Positions 54,756 to 64,000 of a DNA stretch of 64,000 nucleotides are shown in pieces. The first letter of the stretch is position 1. The number at the start of each line of letters is the position of its first letter. This DNA is from Acidobacteriota bacterium. Lineage in GTDB: Bacteria; Acidobacteriota; Vicinamibacteria; Vicinamibacterales; SCN-69-37. The DNA lies in NCBI GenBank assembly GCA_039933635.1, contig JBDTNQ010000001.1:27967-91966 (forward strand). Reading direction: 5' to 3'. A program made the position numbers and the translations under genes. A model generated the notes under the pieces. The model was not told the DNA's origin and made no database searches. It was given only the letters and a program-made list of their open reading frames with translations.

Positions 54756-55207
54756 GTGTTCATACTCCGCTCCAGAGACAGTCGCAGCAACCGCTTGACC
54801 GTTGGTGCCCGTGGCAGGAAATCCGCCAGGGTGTAGTCATCGAGCACGCCGAGAAACGCGCGCTGCGCTCGCGTGAGCGCCCCCTTCAGGCCGCAGACAG
54901 GCTCGATGGGGCAGGTGTTGGCTTCACGGTTGAAGCACTCGACCACGTCCCAGTTCGATTCCGTGTGCCGCACAATCGCTCCGACATTGATCGCGGCGGG
55001 CGTCTTGTTCAGCCGCAGGCCGCCTCGTCGTCCCCGCACACTGACGACCGAACCGTCGTCGATCAGGCGTTGGACGACCTTGGCGACGACGTGTGGCGAC
55101 ACGTTGTACGAGCGGCTGATCTCACCGATCGAGGCCGGGCGATCCGAGTGGACGCCCAGATAGATCAAAACGCGGAGGGAATAGTCGGAAGATTTCGTCA
55201 ACCGCAT
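54752..55207 (-). CDS. Rrf2-family transcriptional regulator (NsrR/IscR-like, Fe-S type)
   Basis: MRLTKSSDYSLRVLIYL... wHTH. Three Cys in CFNREANTCPIEPVC. Confidence 0.85.
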   Translation of the reverse strand: MRLTKSSDYSLRVLIYLGVHSDRPASIGEISRSYNVSPHVVAKVVQRLIDDGSVVSVRGRRGGLRLNKTPAAINVGAIVRHTESNWDVVECFNREANTCPIEPVCGLKGALTRAQRAFLGVLDDYTLADFLPRAPTVKRLLRLSLERSMNT

Positions 55208-55335
55208 CGAGGTAACGACCGGCGCAAGTGTAGCATATACAAGCATTTGAAATACTTGATTACGACCCGAGTGCGCGCATGCGGCGCACGCGCCGGCGGC
55301 ACGCGCTTTGCCCCTCTCGGCTCAAGAGGTGCAAC

Positions 55336-55578
55336 ATGACAACGTCTCACCCAGAATCAGTCTCCGGCGATCCAGACGTGGAAGCGGCGCGACCGGAGCC
55401 CACGCCGATGCCCAGACGTGACCCTCAGACGCGCGAACGCACCCGTCGCGAGCCGCCTTCTGAAAAGCCAGGTCGGGTCGATCCGCCGGCCACTCGTGAG
55501 CCTGGCGAACCGGCGGTGCCGAGCGATCCGGAAACCGAACCACCCGATCCCAACGATCCGATGCGCTCCGGAACGTGA
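55336..55578 (+). CDS. Small Pro/Glu/Arg-rich disordered protein
   Basis: AAGAGGTG SD 5 nt upstream of the ATG. MTTSHPESVSGDPDVEAARPEPTP... Confidence 0.4.
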   Translation: MTTSHPESVSGDPDVEAARPEPTPMPRRDPQTRERTRREPPSEKPGRVDPPATREPGEPAVPSDPETEPPDPNDPMRSGT

Positions 55579-55631
55579 CCGGATCGAGTCGGGCACGAGG
55601 CTTGCTCCATTACCAGTCAACCGGAGGCAGG

Positions 55632-55850
55632 ATGACCACGCACAACCCAAAGATGCCCCTGCAGCGACCACATGATGGCGCTGGCACACCACACCCGTCT
55701 CCAAAATCAGGATCGGTCAGCGACGCGCCAACTGCGCCGCCGGCCGAACACGAAGGCGCTGACGAGAGCGAAGTGGGAGATCGCACCGGCCCCGGCGCCG
55801 GGTACGACGATGAGCCCAAGCAGGAAAAGGATCGCGGCGGCGTGTCCTGA
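55632..55850 (+). CDS. Small acidic disordered protein
   Basis: GGAGG SD upstream of the ATG. MTTHNPKMPLQRPHDGAGTPHP...DDEPKQEKDRGG. Confidence 0.4.
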   Translation: MTTHNPKMPLQRPHDGAGTPHPSPKSGSVSDAPTAPPAEHEGADESEVGDRTGPGAGYDDEPKQEKDRGGVS

Positions 55851-55885
55851 CGCAGGCCGCGCACCGTGGGCGCTGGAGGCAACAC

Positions 55886-56455
55886 GTGACGCAGTCCATC
55901 GATTCGTTTCGCACGCTGCTGATCGATCAGGTCCGTGAGCTCTACGACGCGGAGCGCCTGTTGGTGGGCGCGCTCGCGGATCTCGCCGGATGCGCGAGCG
56001 CGCCGTCGCTCGCGGCCTTCCTGCAAACACGACTCACGGATACGAGTGCGCATCTGGCGCGACTCGAAGAGGTTTTCGCATCGCTCGATGTGCCGGCAGG
56101 CGCTTCGGCATCCTCTGGCGTGCGCGGATTGATTCGTGACAGTGAGCGCCACATGGCGGAGATCTTCGTTTCCGGACCGCTCCGGGATGCGTCCATCGCC
56201 GGCTTGGCCCTGCAGTTCGTCCATCACGGCATCGCCGCGTACCACACGGCGCTGTCGCACGCCGAAGTGCTGGGCGTTGATGAGGTGATCCAGCGCCTCG
56301 ACGCGATGCTCGTCGACGAGCTATCCGCCGACCGCGTCCTCAAACACCTGACCGAACACATCGCCACGCCTCGTCGCAATGAGGACTTCTGGGACGCCGA
56401 CACCACCACGGATTGGCCTTCTTCAGCGGGCGCGACGAGCCGCCGGCTGCACTGA
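55886..56455 (+). CDS. DUF892 (YciE/YciF-like) ferritin-like protein
   Basis: FRTLLIDQVRELYDAERLLVGAL... GGAGG lies 6 nt upstream of the GTG. Confidence 0.8.
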   Translation: MTQSIDSFRTLLIDQVRELYDAERLLVGALADLAGCASAPSLAAFLQTRLTDTSAHLARLEEVFASLDVPAGASASSGVRGLIRDSERHMAEIFVSGPLRDASIAGLALQFVHHGIAAYHTALSHAEVLGVDEVIQRLDAMLVDELSADRVLKHLTEHIATPRRNEDFWDADTTTDWPSSAGATSRRLH

Positions 56456-56502
56456 TTTTCGCATTTTGCCCCGCATGCCCCTGGCGTAGAATTCGCTCAC
56501 GG

Positions 56503-59106
56503 ATGGATTCGGACTTCACCTCTTCCGCGCAGCGCCTTGCCGCGATTGTTGAATCCTCCGACGATGCGATCGTCAGCAAGGACTTGAACGGCACGATCGT
56601 CACCTGGAATCCGGCGGCCGAGCGGATGTTCGGCTACACGCCTGAGGAAGCCATTGGCCGGTCGATTCGCATGATCATCCCGCCGGATCGCCAGCAGGAG
56701 GAGGACCTCGTCCTCCGGCGAATTCGCGCTGGACAAAATGTTGCACATTTCGAAACGGTTCGCTTACGGAAGGACGGCGCCGAGGTGCAAGTGTCCGTGA
56801 CGGTCTCGCCCGTTCACGATCCGGACGGACGCGTGGTTGGCGCCTCGAAGATCGCACGCGACGTCTCCGAGCGGGTACGCTCAGCAGCGGCGTTGGCGGC
56901 GGCCGAATCAGCCCGCACGGATCTCCAGCGGCGACTGTTGACACTGGTGGCGGCGTCAGGTTCCCTGCTGGGCGCCCCCACAATCGACGAGGTCCTCGCG
57001 GCCATCCTCGCCGTGGCAGGACAACTCGTGAACACCGATGGCTATGCCGTATGGCAGCGCGATCCGGAATCCGACGCCTGGCGCATCGAGTCGTCGCACG
57101 GCATGTCGGAGGTGTTCTGCCAGACGACGATCGCATCGCTCCCGGCCGCCCGCGAGCGAGCCCTGCTCGATCAGCCGATCATGATTTCGGACGTCCGGAC
57201 CGATCCGCGCGTCAAGGACCGCCGCCTTGCCTATGAGCACGAGGGCATCCGCTCCATGCTCGCCGTCCCGCTGAGCCTGCAGGCGCAGACGTCCGGCACG
57301 CTCACCTTCTACAGCCGGACACGGCGTTCGTTCAGTGACGTCGACGTCCAGGCCGCCACGGCGCTCGCTAACCTCGCGTCGGCCGCCATGACCAGCGTCA
57401 GACTCTACGACGCCCAGCGCCGCAGCCGCCTGGAGTCGGACTTTCTCGCCGAGTCCGGCAAGGCGCTTTCGGCCTCACTCAACTACCAGAACGCGCTCAA
57501 GGATGTGGCCAGGCTTGCCGTGCCGTATTTCGCGGACTGGTGTTCGATCGAACTGGTCGATGACGCGGGCACCATCCGCCGGCTGGCCCTGGAGCATGTG
57601 GATCCAGAAAAGGTCGAGCTGGCGAAACGCTTCGCCGATCGCTTTCCGGAGGAGGACTCGTCGCCCTTCAGTGTCGGGCATGTCGTGCGGACAGGCGAAC
57701 CCGTCGTCATCGAACAGATGCCGCCGGACGATGTGCTTGCCACCCTCGCGCGCAGCGCGGAACATCTCGCCGCGATTCGCGAGCTGCAGGTGACGTCGTT
57801 CATGCGCGTGCCGGTGCGCGCACGGGATGCGCTATTCGGCGTCATCACGTTCGTGTCAGCCGAGTCGGGACGCCGGTACACGGCAAACGATCTGCGACTC
57901 GCACAGGAAATTGCATTCCGCGCAGGCCTGGCCGTGGACAACGCCCAGGCGTATGCCGAGGTTGATGGCGCCAACCGCATGAAGGACGAGTTCCTGGCGA
58001 CCCTCTCGCACGAACTCCGGACGCCGCTCAACGCGCTGCTGGGATACGCCCGGATGTTGAAGTGGCAGATGGTCCCGCCGGAACACCACGCACGAGCCTT
58101 CGAGGTCATCGAACGCAACGGCACCGTGCTGGCGCGGTTGGTCGAGGACATCCTCGACATCTCTCGCGTCGTGTCCGGCAAGGTGCGCCTCAACCTTGAG
58201 CCCACCGACCTGGTCCTCCTCGTCGGTCAGAGTCTCGACACCGTGGCCGCGGCAGCCGTCGCGAAAGGCGTCGCCCTGCGCACGAACCTGCCGGATACCC
58301 TGCCGCCCGCCACCGTCGATCCCGATCGACTCCAACAGGCGCTCTGGAACCTGCTCTCGAACGCCGTGAAATTCACACCCTCTGGTGGCCGCGTGGATGT
58401 GGCGGTTCAGAAGTCGGCCGATCAATTCGACATCGTCATCAGCGACACTGGGATCGGCATCGCACCGGAGTTCCTGCCACGGGTGTTCGAGCGATTCAGG
58501 CAGGCCGACAGCCGCTACACACGCGAACACGGAGGCCTTGGACTCGGCCTGGCGATCGCCCGGCACCTGATCGAGATGCACGGCGGCACCCTGACGGCGC
58601 AATCGGGTGGCCTGGGTCAAGGCGCAACATTCACGGCGCGGCTCCCGGCCTCGGGGATGAGCGCGGCCGCCATCCTGCACGAGGAGACCGTGCACGTGAC
58701 GTCCGCGCAAGAGACACCGACCGCCATGCGGCTCGATGGCCTGCGCGTCCTGGCCGTCGACGACGACCCGGACGAGTCGTCGATGATTCGCGACGTGCTG
58801 GAATCAGCCGGTGCGCGCGTGTGGACCGCAGGATCGGGCGCTGAGGCCCTCGCGTTATTGAACCGGGAGACCGTCGACGTCCTCCTGGCCGACATCGGCA
58901 TGCCGGAGATGGATGGCTTCGATCTCATCCAGCAGGTCCGCGCGCTCACCGGGGCCAACGCGACGATTCCGGCAACCGCGATTACGGCGTACACACGATC
59001 CGCCGACCGGGAGCGGGCCATCGCCTGCGGGTTCGACCGGCACGTATCCAAGCCCATCGATCCCGCCGATCTGATCGCGGCGATTCAGCAACTCACCACG
59101 CCCTGA
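56503..59106 (+). CDS. Hybrid sensor histidine kinase (PAS - 2x GAF - HisKA - HATPase - REC)
   Basis: PAS: IVSKDLNGTIVTWNPAAERMFGY. H-box: LATLSHELRTPLNALLGY. HATPase: DTGIGI...GGLGLGLAI. REC: VLAVDDDPD...LLADIGMPEMDG...K. Confidence 0.9.
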   Translation: MDSDFTSSAQRLAAIVESSDDAIVSKDLNGTIVTWNPAAERMFGYTPEEAIGRSIRMIIPPDRQQEEDLVLRRIRAGQNVAHFETVRLRKDGAEVQVSVTVSPVHDPDGRVVGASKIARDVSERVRSAAALAAAESARTDLQRRLLTLVAASGSLLGAPTIDEVLAAILAVAGQLVNTDGYAVWQRDPESDAWRIESSHGMSEVFCQTTIASLPAARERALLDQPIMISDVRTDPRVKDRRLAYEHEGIRSMLAVPLSLQAQTSGTLTFYSRTRRSFSDVDVQAATALANLASAAMTSVRLYDAQRRSRLESDFLAESGKALSASLNYQNALKDVARLAVPYFADWCSIELVDDAGTIRRLALEHVDPEKVELAKRFADRFPEEDSSPFSVGHVVRTGEPVVIEQMPPDDVLATLARSAEHLAAIRELQVTSFMRVPVRARDALFGVITFVSAESGRRYTANDLRLAQEIAFRAGLAVDNAQAYAEVDGANRMKDEFLATLSHELRTPLNALLGYARMLKWQMVPPEHHARAFEVIERNGTVLARLVEDILDISRVVSGKVRLNLEPTDLVLLVGQSLDTVAAAAVAKGVALRTNLPDTLPPATVDPDRLQQALWNLLSNAVKFTPSGGRVDVAVQKSADQFDIVISDTGIGIAPEFLPRVFERFRQADSRYTREHGGLGLGLAIARHLIEMHGGTLTAQSGGLGQGATFTARLPASGMSAAAILHEETVHVTSAQETPTAMRLDGLRVLAVDDDPDESSMIRDVLESAGARVWTAGSGAEALALLNRETVDVLLADIGMPEMDGFDLIQQVRALTGANATIPATAITAYTRSADRERAIACGFDRHVSKPIDPADLIAAIQQLTTP

Positions 59107-59225
59107 AGGCGCGCACTTCCCACCATTGGGCTGCGCACCGCCCACCTCGGTCCCCGTCCAGCCCGGAAGTGACGAGTTCGCCACGGGCCGACTTGGCCCC
59201 CCTCTTGCTGCCTTGACACGGCAAG

Positions 59226-60152
59226 ATGGCTCTTGCGGCCCACACCCCCCCGGTTCGTCGTGCGGCCCCGCCGCTCACCGTGCACGGGTTCGCAAGATTG
59301 ATCAAGGATGCGGCCGTCGCCTGGGTCGATGACGCCGGCTCCAGCATGGGTGCGGCCCTCGCCTACTACACGCTGTTCTCCATCGCCCCGCTGATCCTCA
59401 TCGTCGTCTCCGTCGCGGGGCTGGTCTTCGGCGAAGAGGCAAGCCGCGGCGCCCTTGTCACACAGTTGTCGGGATTCATCGGTCCGGACAGCGCCAAGGG
59501 CGTGGAGGGATTGCTGCAGCACAGCAGTCGGCCGGCGACGGGCCTCATCGCGTCGACGGTCGGCGTGGTGACACTCCTGATCGGCGCGACGTCAGTCGTC
59601 ACGGAGTTGCAGGCCGATCTGGATCGCGTGTGGCGCGCGGAGCCGACCGGCAAGACATCGAACATTGTGCTGTTCCTGCAGTCGCGCCTGCTGTCCTTTG
59701 GTTTGATCCTCGCGCTCGGTTTTCTGTTGCTGGTGTCACTGGTGATGGGTGCGGCACTGACGGCCGTCGGCGCGTGGTGGGCATCCGTTCTGCACGGCTG
59801 GGGCTTCGTCCTGCAGATCGCAAACGTGTTACTGAGTTTCGCACTCAGCACCGTCCTCTTCGCGTTGATCTACAAGATCCTGCCTCGGGCGCGCATCGCC
59901 TGGTCGGACGTCTGGATCGGCGCCGCGGTCACATCAGCATTGTTCAGCGTGGGCAAATGGCTCATCAGCCTCTACGTGGGATACGCCGGCATCGCCTCGC
60001 CGTTTGGAGCCGCGGGCTCGGTCGTCCTCGTCATGGTCTGGGTCTACTACTCGGCGCAGATTTTTGTCCTCGGGGCGGAGTTCACGTGGTTGTACGCCCA
60101 CGCCTACGGAACGCGTGTGGGCGTCGACATCCCCCAGGCGCAGGTTCGATAA
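59226..60152 (+). CDS. YihY/BrkB-family membrane protein
   Basis: GAALAYYTLFSIAPLILIVVSVAG..., multiple TM segments, ...YYSAQIFVLGAEF. Confidence 0.85.
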   Translation: MALAAHTPPVRRAAPPLTVHGFARLIKDAAVAWVDDAGSSMGAALAYYTLFSIAPLILIVVSVAGLVFGEEASRGALVTQLSGFIGPDSAKGVEGLLQHSSRPATGLIASTVGVVTLLIGATSVVTELQADLDRVWRAEPTGKTSNIVLFLQSRLLSFGLILALGFLLLVSLVMGAALTAVGAWWASVLHGWGFVLQIANVLLSFALSTVLFALIYKILPRARIAWSDVWIGAAVTSALFSVGKWLISLYVGYAGIASPFGAAGSVVLVMVWVYYSAQIFVLGAEFTWLYAHAYGTRVGVDIPQAQVR

Positions 60153-60181
60153 GCCACGTCAGGCCCACCCGCTTGCGTCCC

Positions 60182-61537
60182 ATGAATGCCGTGGTGGACA
60201 ATCCGCGGATGCTGCACTACGTCGGCCGCGTCGTCGACCTGCTCGACCCCGCCCTGAATCGCCTGTCGTCCATGAGCGCGGACGAAGCCCGTCACCGGGT
60301 CATGAGCGGTGACGCGTCAGCGGTGCGCGGGATCGACGGCTCGTTTGCCATCGTCGCCGCCGAGGGCATCACCGTTCGGATGGCGCGCTCGATGGATCGA
60401 CCCATGCGTTACTTCCTCGCGAAGCGCCAGGAAGGTCCGGCGCTCTACGTGGCAGATCGGATCGACACGATCCACCAGGCCCTAGAGCGTGACGGCCTGT
60501 TCGGCCAGTTTCACCCGAGCTATACGCGGATGGTGCCCGCCCACTATCTCGTCGAGATCGCGCTCGTCGGCTGTCCCGATCCGGATCCAATCTACTCGCG
60601 GTTCTTCACACCCGAGACCGACGCGCTGCCGGCCTCATCCGATGAGATCGGCCGGCGTTACGTCGGCGCCATGGCTCGGGAGGTCGAGACGTGGCTCCGG
60701 CAGATCCACGCGACATCGCCGACGGCGCCTGTCGGCGTGGCGTTTTCTGGCGGGATCGATAGCGGCGCCGTGTTTCTGGTGACCTATCACACGATGCTGA
60801 AACTCGGCATGTCGCCCGCCAGGCTGAAGGCCTTCGTGCTGAACCTCGGCAACGGTCCCGACGTCGATCAGGCGCGCACCTTTCTTGCGGCGCTCGATCT
60901 GTCGTTGTTTCTCGAGGAGATCGACGCCTCGCCAACCGGTCTCGACATCAACGAGACGCTGCAGGTGCTCGAGGACTACAAGCCGCTCGACGTCGAGTGC
61001 GCCGCCATGGGCCTGGAACTCTGTCGCGGCATCCGCGCGCGCTACCCGGAGTGGCGGCACCTGGCCGATGGTGACGGCGGGGACGAGAATCTCAAGGACT
61101 ATCCCATCGAAGAGAACGCTGAACTCACCATCCACAGCGTCGTCAACAACCTGATGCTCTATCAGGAGGGCTGGGGCGTGGGGCGCATCAAGCACTCGCT
61201 CACGTACAGCGGTGGGCTCAGCCGCAGTTACGTACGCACCTACGCGCCCGCGCGCCGGTTCGGGTTCGAGGGGTTCAGTCCCTACACGCGGCCGTCCGTG
61301 ATCGAAGTCGCGGAGGGCATTCCGTTTCGCGAGTTGACCAGCTACGACGTGCCTACGCTGTACGCATTGAAGGGTGACATCGTGTCGCGCGGCATCAGGG
61401 CCGTGACCGGGTTCGAGATGCCAGTGTTTCCGAAGCGACGCTTCCAGCACGGCGCGGTGTCTGCCGAAACCATGCGACAACGTCTTGGCGGTTCGGAGCA
61501 AACCTACCGCAAGACCTTCAACGCGCTCTACTCCTGA
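60182..61537 (+). CDS. Asparagine-synthetase-related ATP pyrophosphatase without a recognisable glutaminase nucleophile
   Basis: ATG at 60182 within ORF 59630..61537. PP-loop VGVAFSGGIDSGAV. N-terminus MNAVVD lacks the Cys2 of class II amidotransferases. Confidence 0.75.
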   Translation: MNAVVDNPRMLHYVGRVVDLLDPALNRLSSMSADEARHRVMSGDASAVRGIDGSFAIVAAEGITVRMARSMDRPMRYFLAKRQEGPALYVADRIDTIHQALERDGLFGQFHPSYTRMVPAHYLVEIALVGCPDPDPIYSRFFTPETDALPASSDEIGRRYVGAMAREVETWLRQIHATSPTAPVGVAFSGGIDSGAVFLVTYHTMLKLGMSPARLKAFVLNLGNGPDVDQARTFLAALDLSLFLEEIDASPTGLDINETLQVLEDYKPLDVECAAMGLELCRGIRARYPEWRHLADGDGGDENLKDYPIEENAELTIHSVVNNLMLYQEGWGVGRIKHSLTYSGGLSRSYVRTYAPARRFGFEGFSPYTRPSVIEVAEGIPFRELTSYDVPTLYALKGDIVSRGIRAVTGFEMPVFPKRRFQHGAVSAETMRQRLGGSEQTYRKTFNALYS

Positions 61538-61546
61538 CAGTCCGAC

Positions 61547-62554
61547 ATGAGTCCCCTTCCGGAGGACGCGCCGGGACGCGACCAGTTCATCCTTGCGCGG
61601 CGGGGTCCTCGGACGCCTCCCGATCCCTGGGCTGCACCGCGCATGGTCATCGAAGACGAACGGGCGGCTGATGGGTCCATCACATCGGTCGCAGCCATCT
61701 TTCTGGCGGGCAAGGAATGCCCGTGGCGCTGCACGATGTGTGATCTTTGGCGGGACACGCTGGAGACGGACACACCACATGGGGCGATTCCGCGGCAGCT
61801 CGAAGGCACGTGGCCGCACCGGCCGGACAGCTGCACCACCGTCAAGCTCTACAACGCCGGCAGCTTCTTCGATCCGCATGCCGTGCCCGACGATGACTAC
61901 GTGGGGATCGTGGATGCGTTGCGCGGCGTCAGACACGTCATCGTGGAGTCTCATCCGTCGTTGATTGGCCTGCGCACGATGCGGCTTCGGGACCTGCTGC
62001 GGACCCGGGCCGTCACTGAGTCCGGCCCACCCACGCTCGAGGTCGCCATGGGGCTCGAGACGTGCCATCCGTCCGCCCTGGAGCGGCTGAACAAGCGGAT
62101 GACCACCGCAGATTTCGCCCGCGCCGCTGAACGCCTGAAAGAGAACGACGTCACGCTCCGCGTCTTCCTGCTTATCTCGCCGCCGTTCGTGCCGGCGGCC
62201 GAGCAGGACGAGTGGCTGACCCGGTCGATCGATTTCGCGATCACCTGCGGCGCCACGGCGATTTCGATGATCCCAACCCGGGCCGGGAACGGTGCGCTCG
62301 AGGCGCTCGCCGACGAGCACGCGTTCGCGGAACCTCAACTCGCGGACGTGGAGCGCAGCCTCGCCCTGGCGCTGGCGCGTGTTGAAGGATCGAGAACCCG
62401 CGTGTTCGCGGATCTGTGGGATCTGGCACGCTTCGCGCCATGCGGCTCGTGCGCCGGACCACGTCAGGCGCGGCTGACCATCATGAACCGCACGCAGGTC
62501 AGTGGCGTGCCGATCACGCCGTGCCAGGATTGCGGCGCCGGGGGCGCCGTGTGA
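61547..62554 (+). CDS. Radical SAM protein
   Basis: CPWRCTMC (Cx3Cx2C), TIM-barrel-like remainder (VKLYNAGSFFD..., LEVAMGLET). Confidence 0.8.
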   Translation: MSPLPEDAPGRDQFILARRGPRTPPDPWAAPRMVIEDERAADGSITSVAAIFLAGKECPWRCTMCDLWRDTLETDTPHGAIPRQLEGTWPHRPDSCTTVKLYNAGSFFDPHAVPDDDYVGIVDALRGVRHVIVESHPSLIGLRTMRLRDLLRTRAVTESGPPTLEVAMGLETCHPSALERLNKRMTTADFARAAERLKENDVTLRVFLLISPPFVPAAEQDEWLTRSIDFAITCGATAISMIPTRAGNGALEALADEHAFAEPQLADVERSLALALARVEGSRTRVFADLWDLARFAPCGSCAGPRQARLTIMNRTQVSGVPITPCQDCGAGGAV

Positions 62555-64000
62555 CCTTGCTGCCGCACCACCGCATCGACGCGGACGTGGCGGTTATCGG
62601 CGCTGGGTTCTCCGGGGCCCTCGCGGCGATCGCGCTCAGCGCGCGCGGCCAGCGCGTCGTGCTGATCGAGCGTGGCCGGCACCCACGGTTCGCGATCGGC
62701 GAGTCCACGACCCCGCTGACCAACCTCCTGCTCGAGGAGTTCGCTACGAAATACGAGTTGCCGCAGCTTTCCTCGTTCTCCAAGTGGGGCACCTGGCAGC
62801 GCGACCACGCCGACATCGCGTGCGGCCTCAAGCGTGGCTTCACGTTCCTCTTCCATCGTCCTGGCGAGGTCTTTGCCGATACAGCGTCCCACGACAGGCA
62901 ACTGCTGGTCGCGGCCAGTCCGCACGACCACGTCGCGGACACGCATTGGTACCGGCCGGAGTTCGATCAGGCCCTCGTCGAAGAGGCGACGCGTGCGGGG
63001 GCCATCTACATCGACGAGACCGCCATCGCCGAGGTGCGGTACGAGGCCGGCCGGATGCGTCTCGAGGGCGGGCGCCACGGACGGTCGGTCGTCATCGATG
63101 CCGGCTTCGTCATCGATGCCGGGGGAGCACGCGGCCTGATGAGCTCCACACTGGGCGGCGGTAGCGCGCCTCTGCGATGGCTGCCACCGACGCAGGGCCT
63201 CTACTCACATTTCACGGACGTGGCCGAGTGGGCGAGCGTCGCGCCGACCGATGGCACACCGCCCTATCCACCCGACGCGGCGGCGCTGCACCACGTGTTT
63301 CCCGGCGGCTGGATCTGGATGCTCCGCTTCAACAACGGCATCACGAGCGCCGGCGCGGCGCTGACCGACGCCGTGGCGGCCGAGATCGGCGCGTCAGATG
63401 GCGAGCCGGCCTGGAATCGCCTGCTCGAACGGCTGCCGTCGGTGCGCGAGCAGTTTCGTGACGCTCGGCCTACTCTGCCGTTCATTCACGCGCCACGAGT
63501 GGCCTACCGCAGTCGCCAGGTCGCAGGACCTGGCTGGGCCATGCTGCCATCGGCCGCCGGCGTGATCGATCCATTGCTGTCGACTGGATTTCCGTTGACG
63601 TTGCTGGGACTCATGCGCCTGCTCAACATCCTCGAGTCCTCGTCGCCGGGCGCCGCCCGCAACGCGGCGCTCGCCGACTACACGAACCACACCCAGGACG
63701 AGCTCGACATCACCGAGCAGTTGGTCGCCGCGCTCTACGCGAACATGGATACACCGGCGATCTTCACGCGGCTCAGTCTGCTCTACTTCGCGGCCGCGAG
63801 CTTCAGCGAGGCCGCCCGTCGACTCGGGCGGCCGCACCTCGCGCCGGGATTTCTCCTGCACGCGCATCCCCGATTCGGCGACGAACTGCGTGCCTGTGCT
63901 CGTGAGGCCACGAAGCGGCCCACCGGTGATGCCCGGCAGGACCTCTTTCATCGCATCGATCGCGCAATCATCCCGTTCGACGTGGCGGGGTTCGCCGATC
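62551..64000 (+). CDS. FAD-dependent oxidoreductase of the flavin-halogenase/monooxygenase type; partial, runs off the right edge
   Basis: Not in the ORF track (no stop in window). The GTG overlaps the radical SAM TGA (GTGA). VAVIGAGFSGALAAIAL...ERG, GGWIWMLRF (WxWxIP-like), VIDPLLSTGF. I translated the frame by eye to 64000 without a stop. Confidence 0.7.
   Translation, partial: MTLLPHHRIDADVAVIGAGFSGALAAIALSARGQRVVLIERGRHPRFAIGESTTPLTNLLLEEFATKYELPQLSSFSKWGTWQRDHADIACGLKRGFTFLFHRPGEVFADTASHDRQLLVAASPHDHVADTHWYRPEFDQALVEEATRAGAIYIDETAIAEVRYEAGRMRLEGGRHGRSVVIDAGFVIDAGGARGLMSSTLGGGSAPLRWLPPTQGLYSHFTDVAEWASVAPTDGTPPYPPDAAALHHVFPGGWIWMLRFNNGITSAGAALTDAVAAEIGASDGEPAWNRLLERLPSVREQFRDARPTLPFIHAPRVAYRSRQVAGPGWAMLPSAAGVIDPLLSTGFPLTLLGLMRLLNILESSSPGAARNAALADYTNHTQDELDITEQLVAALYANMDTPAIFTRLSLLYFAAASFSEAARRLGRPHLAPGFLLHAHPRFGDELRACAREATKRPTGDARQDLFHRIDRAIIPFDVAGFAD

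Overview
High-GC (roughly two-thirds G+C by eye) bacterial chromosomal segment. It is probably Acidobacteriota, an inference from a VWFA-related 'acidobacterial' domain protein and several CarboxypepD_reg-type TonB-dependent receptors. Positions 1-34.6 kb and 52.4-64 kb are core genome. They hold lolA-like plus a secretin; a peptidoglycan recycling/synthesis run (nagZ-ldcA-mpl-murB-murA); the rpsP-KH-rimM-trmD-rplS-rnhB block; ffh; a gpsA-ftsY-ribD-ribE-ribBA chain; recA; and a cobalamin module. That module is a B12 riboswitch followed by a TonB receptor, BtuFCD-like ABC importer and cobQ, with cbiZ-cbiB upstream. The right flank holds an Rrf2/B12-radical-SAM/truncated-globin set, stress-type genes, a PAS-GAF hybrid histidine kinase, and an AsnB-like/radical-SAM/flavin-halogenase-like trio that runs off the right edge. 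Between them lies a ~17.7 kb island integrated at the 3' end of tRNA-Phe(GAA). It is bounded by a perfect 56-bp direct repeat (34684..34739 and 52367..52422) and carries a P4-type tyrosine integrase and a decayed IS transposase. The most interesting cargo is a six-gene, translationally coupled lasso-peptide cluster on the minus strand. Its order is a 35-aa precursor, B2 protease, Asn-synthetase-like cyclase, a GT-B glycosyltransferase, a SAM methyltransferase, and the PqqD-like RRE placed last. This suggests a glycosylated and/or methylated lasso peptide; I am not aware that this architecture has been characterised. The many long ORFs antisense to real genes are treated as high-GC shadow ORFs. 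All product calls rest on motif and family recognition by eye; no database search was run.
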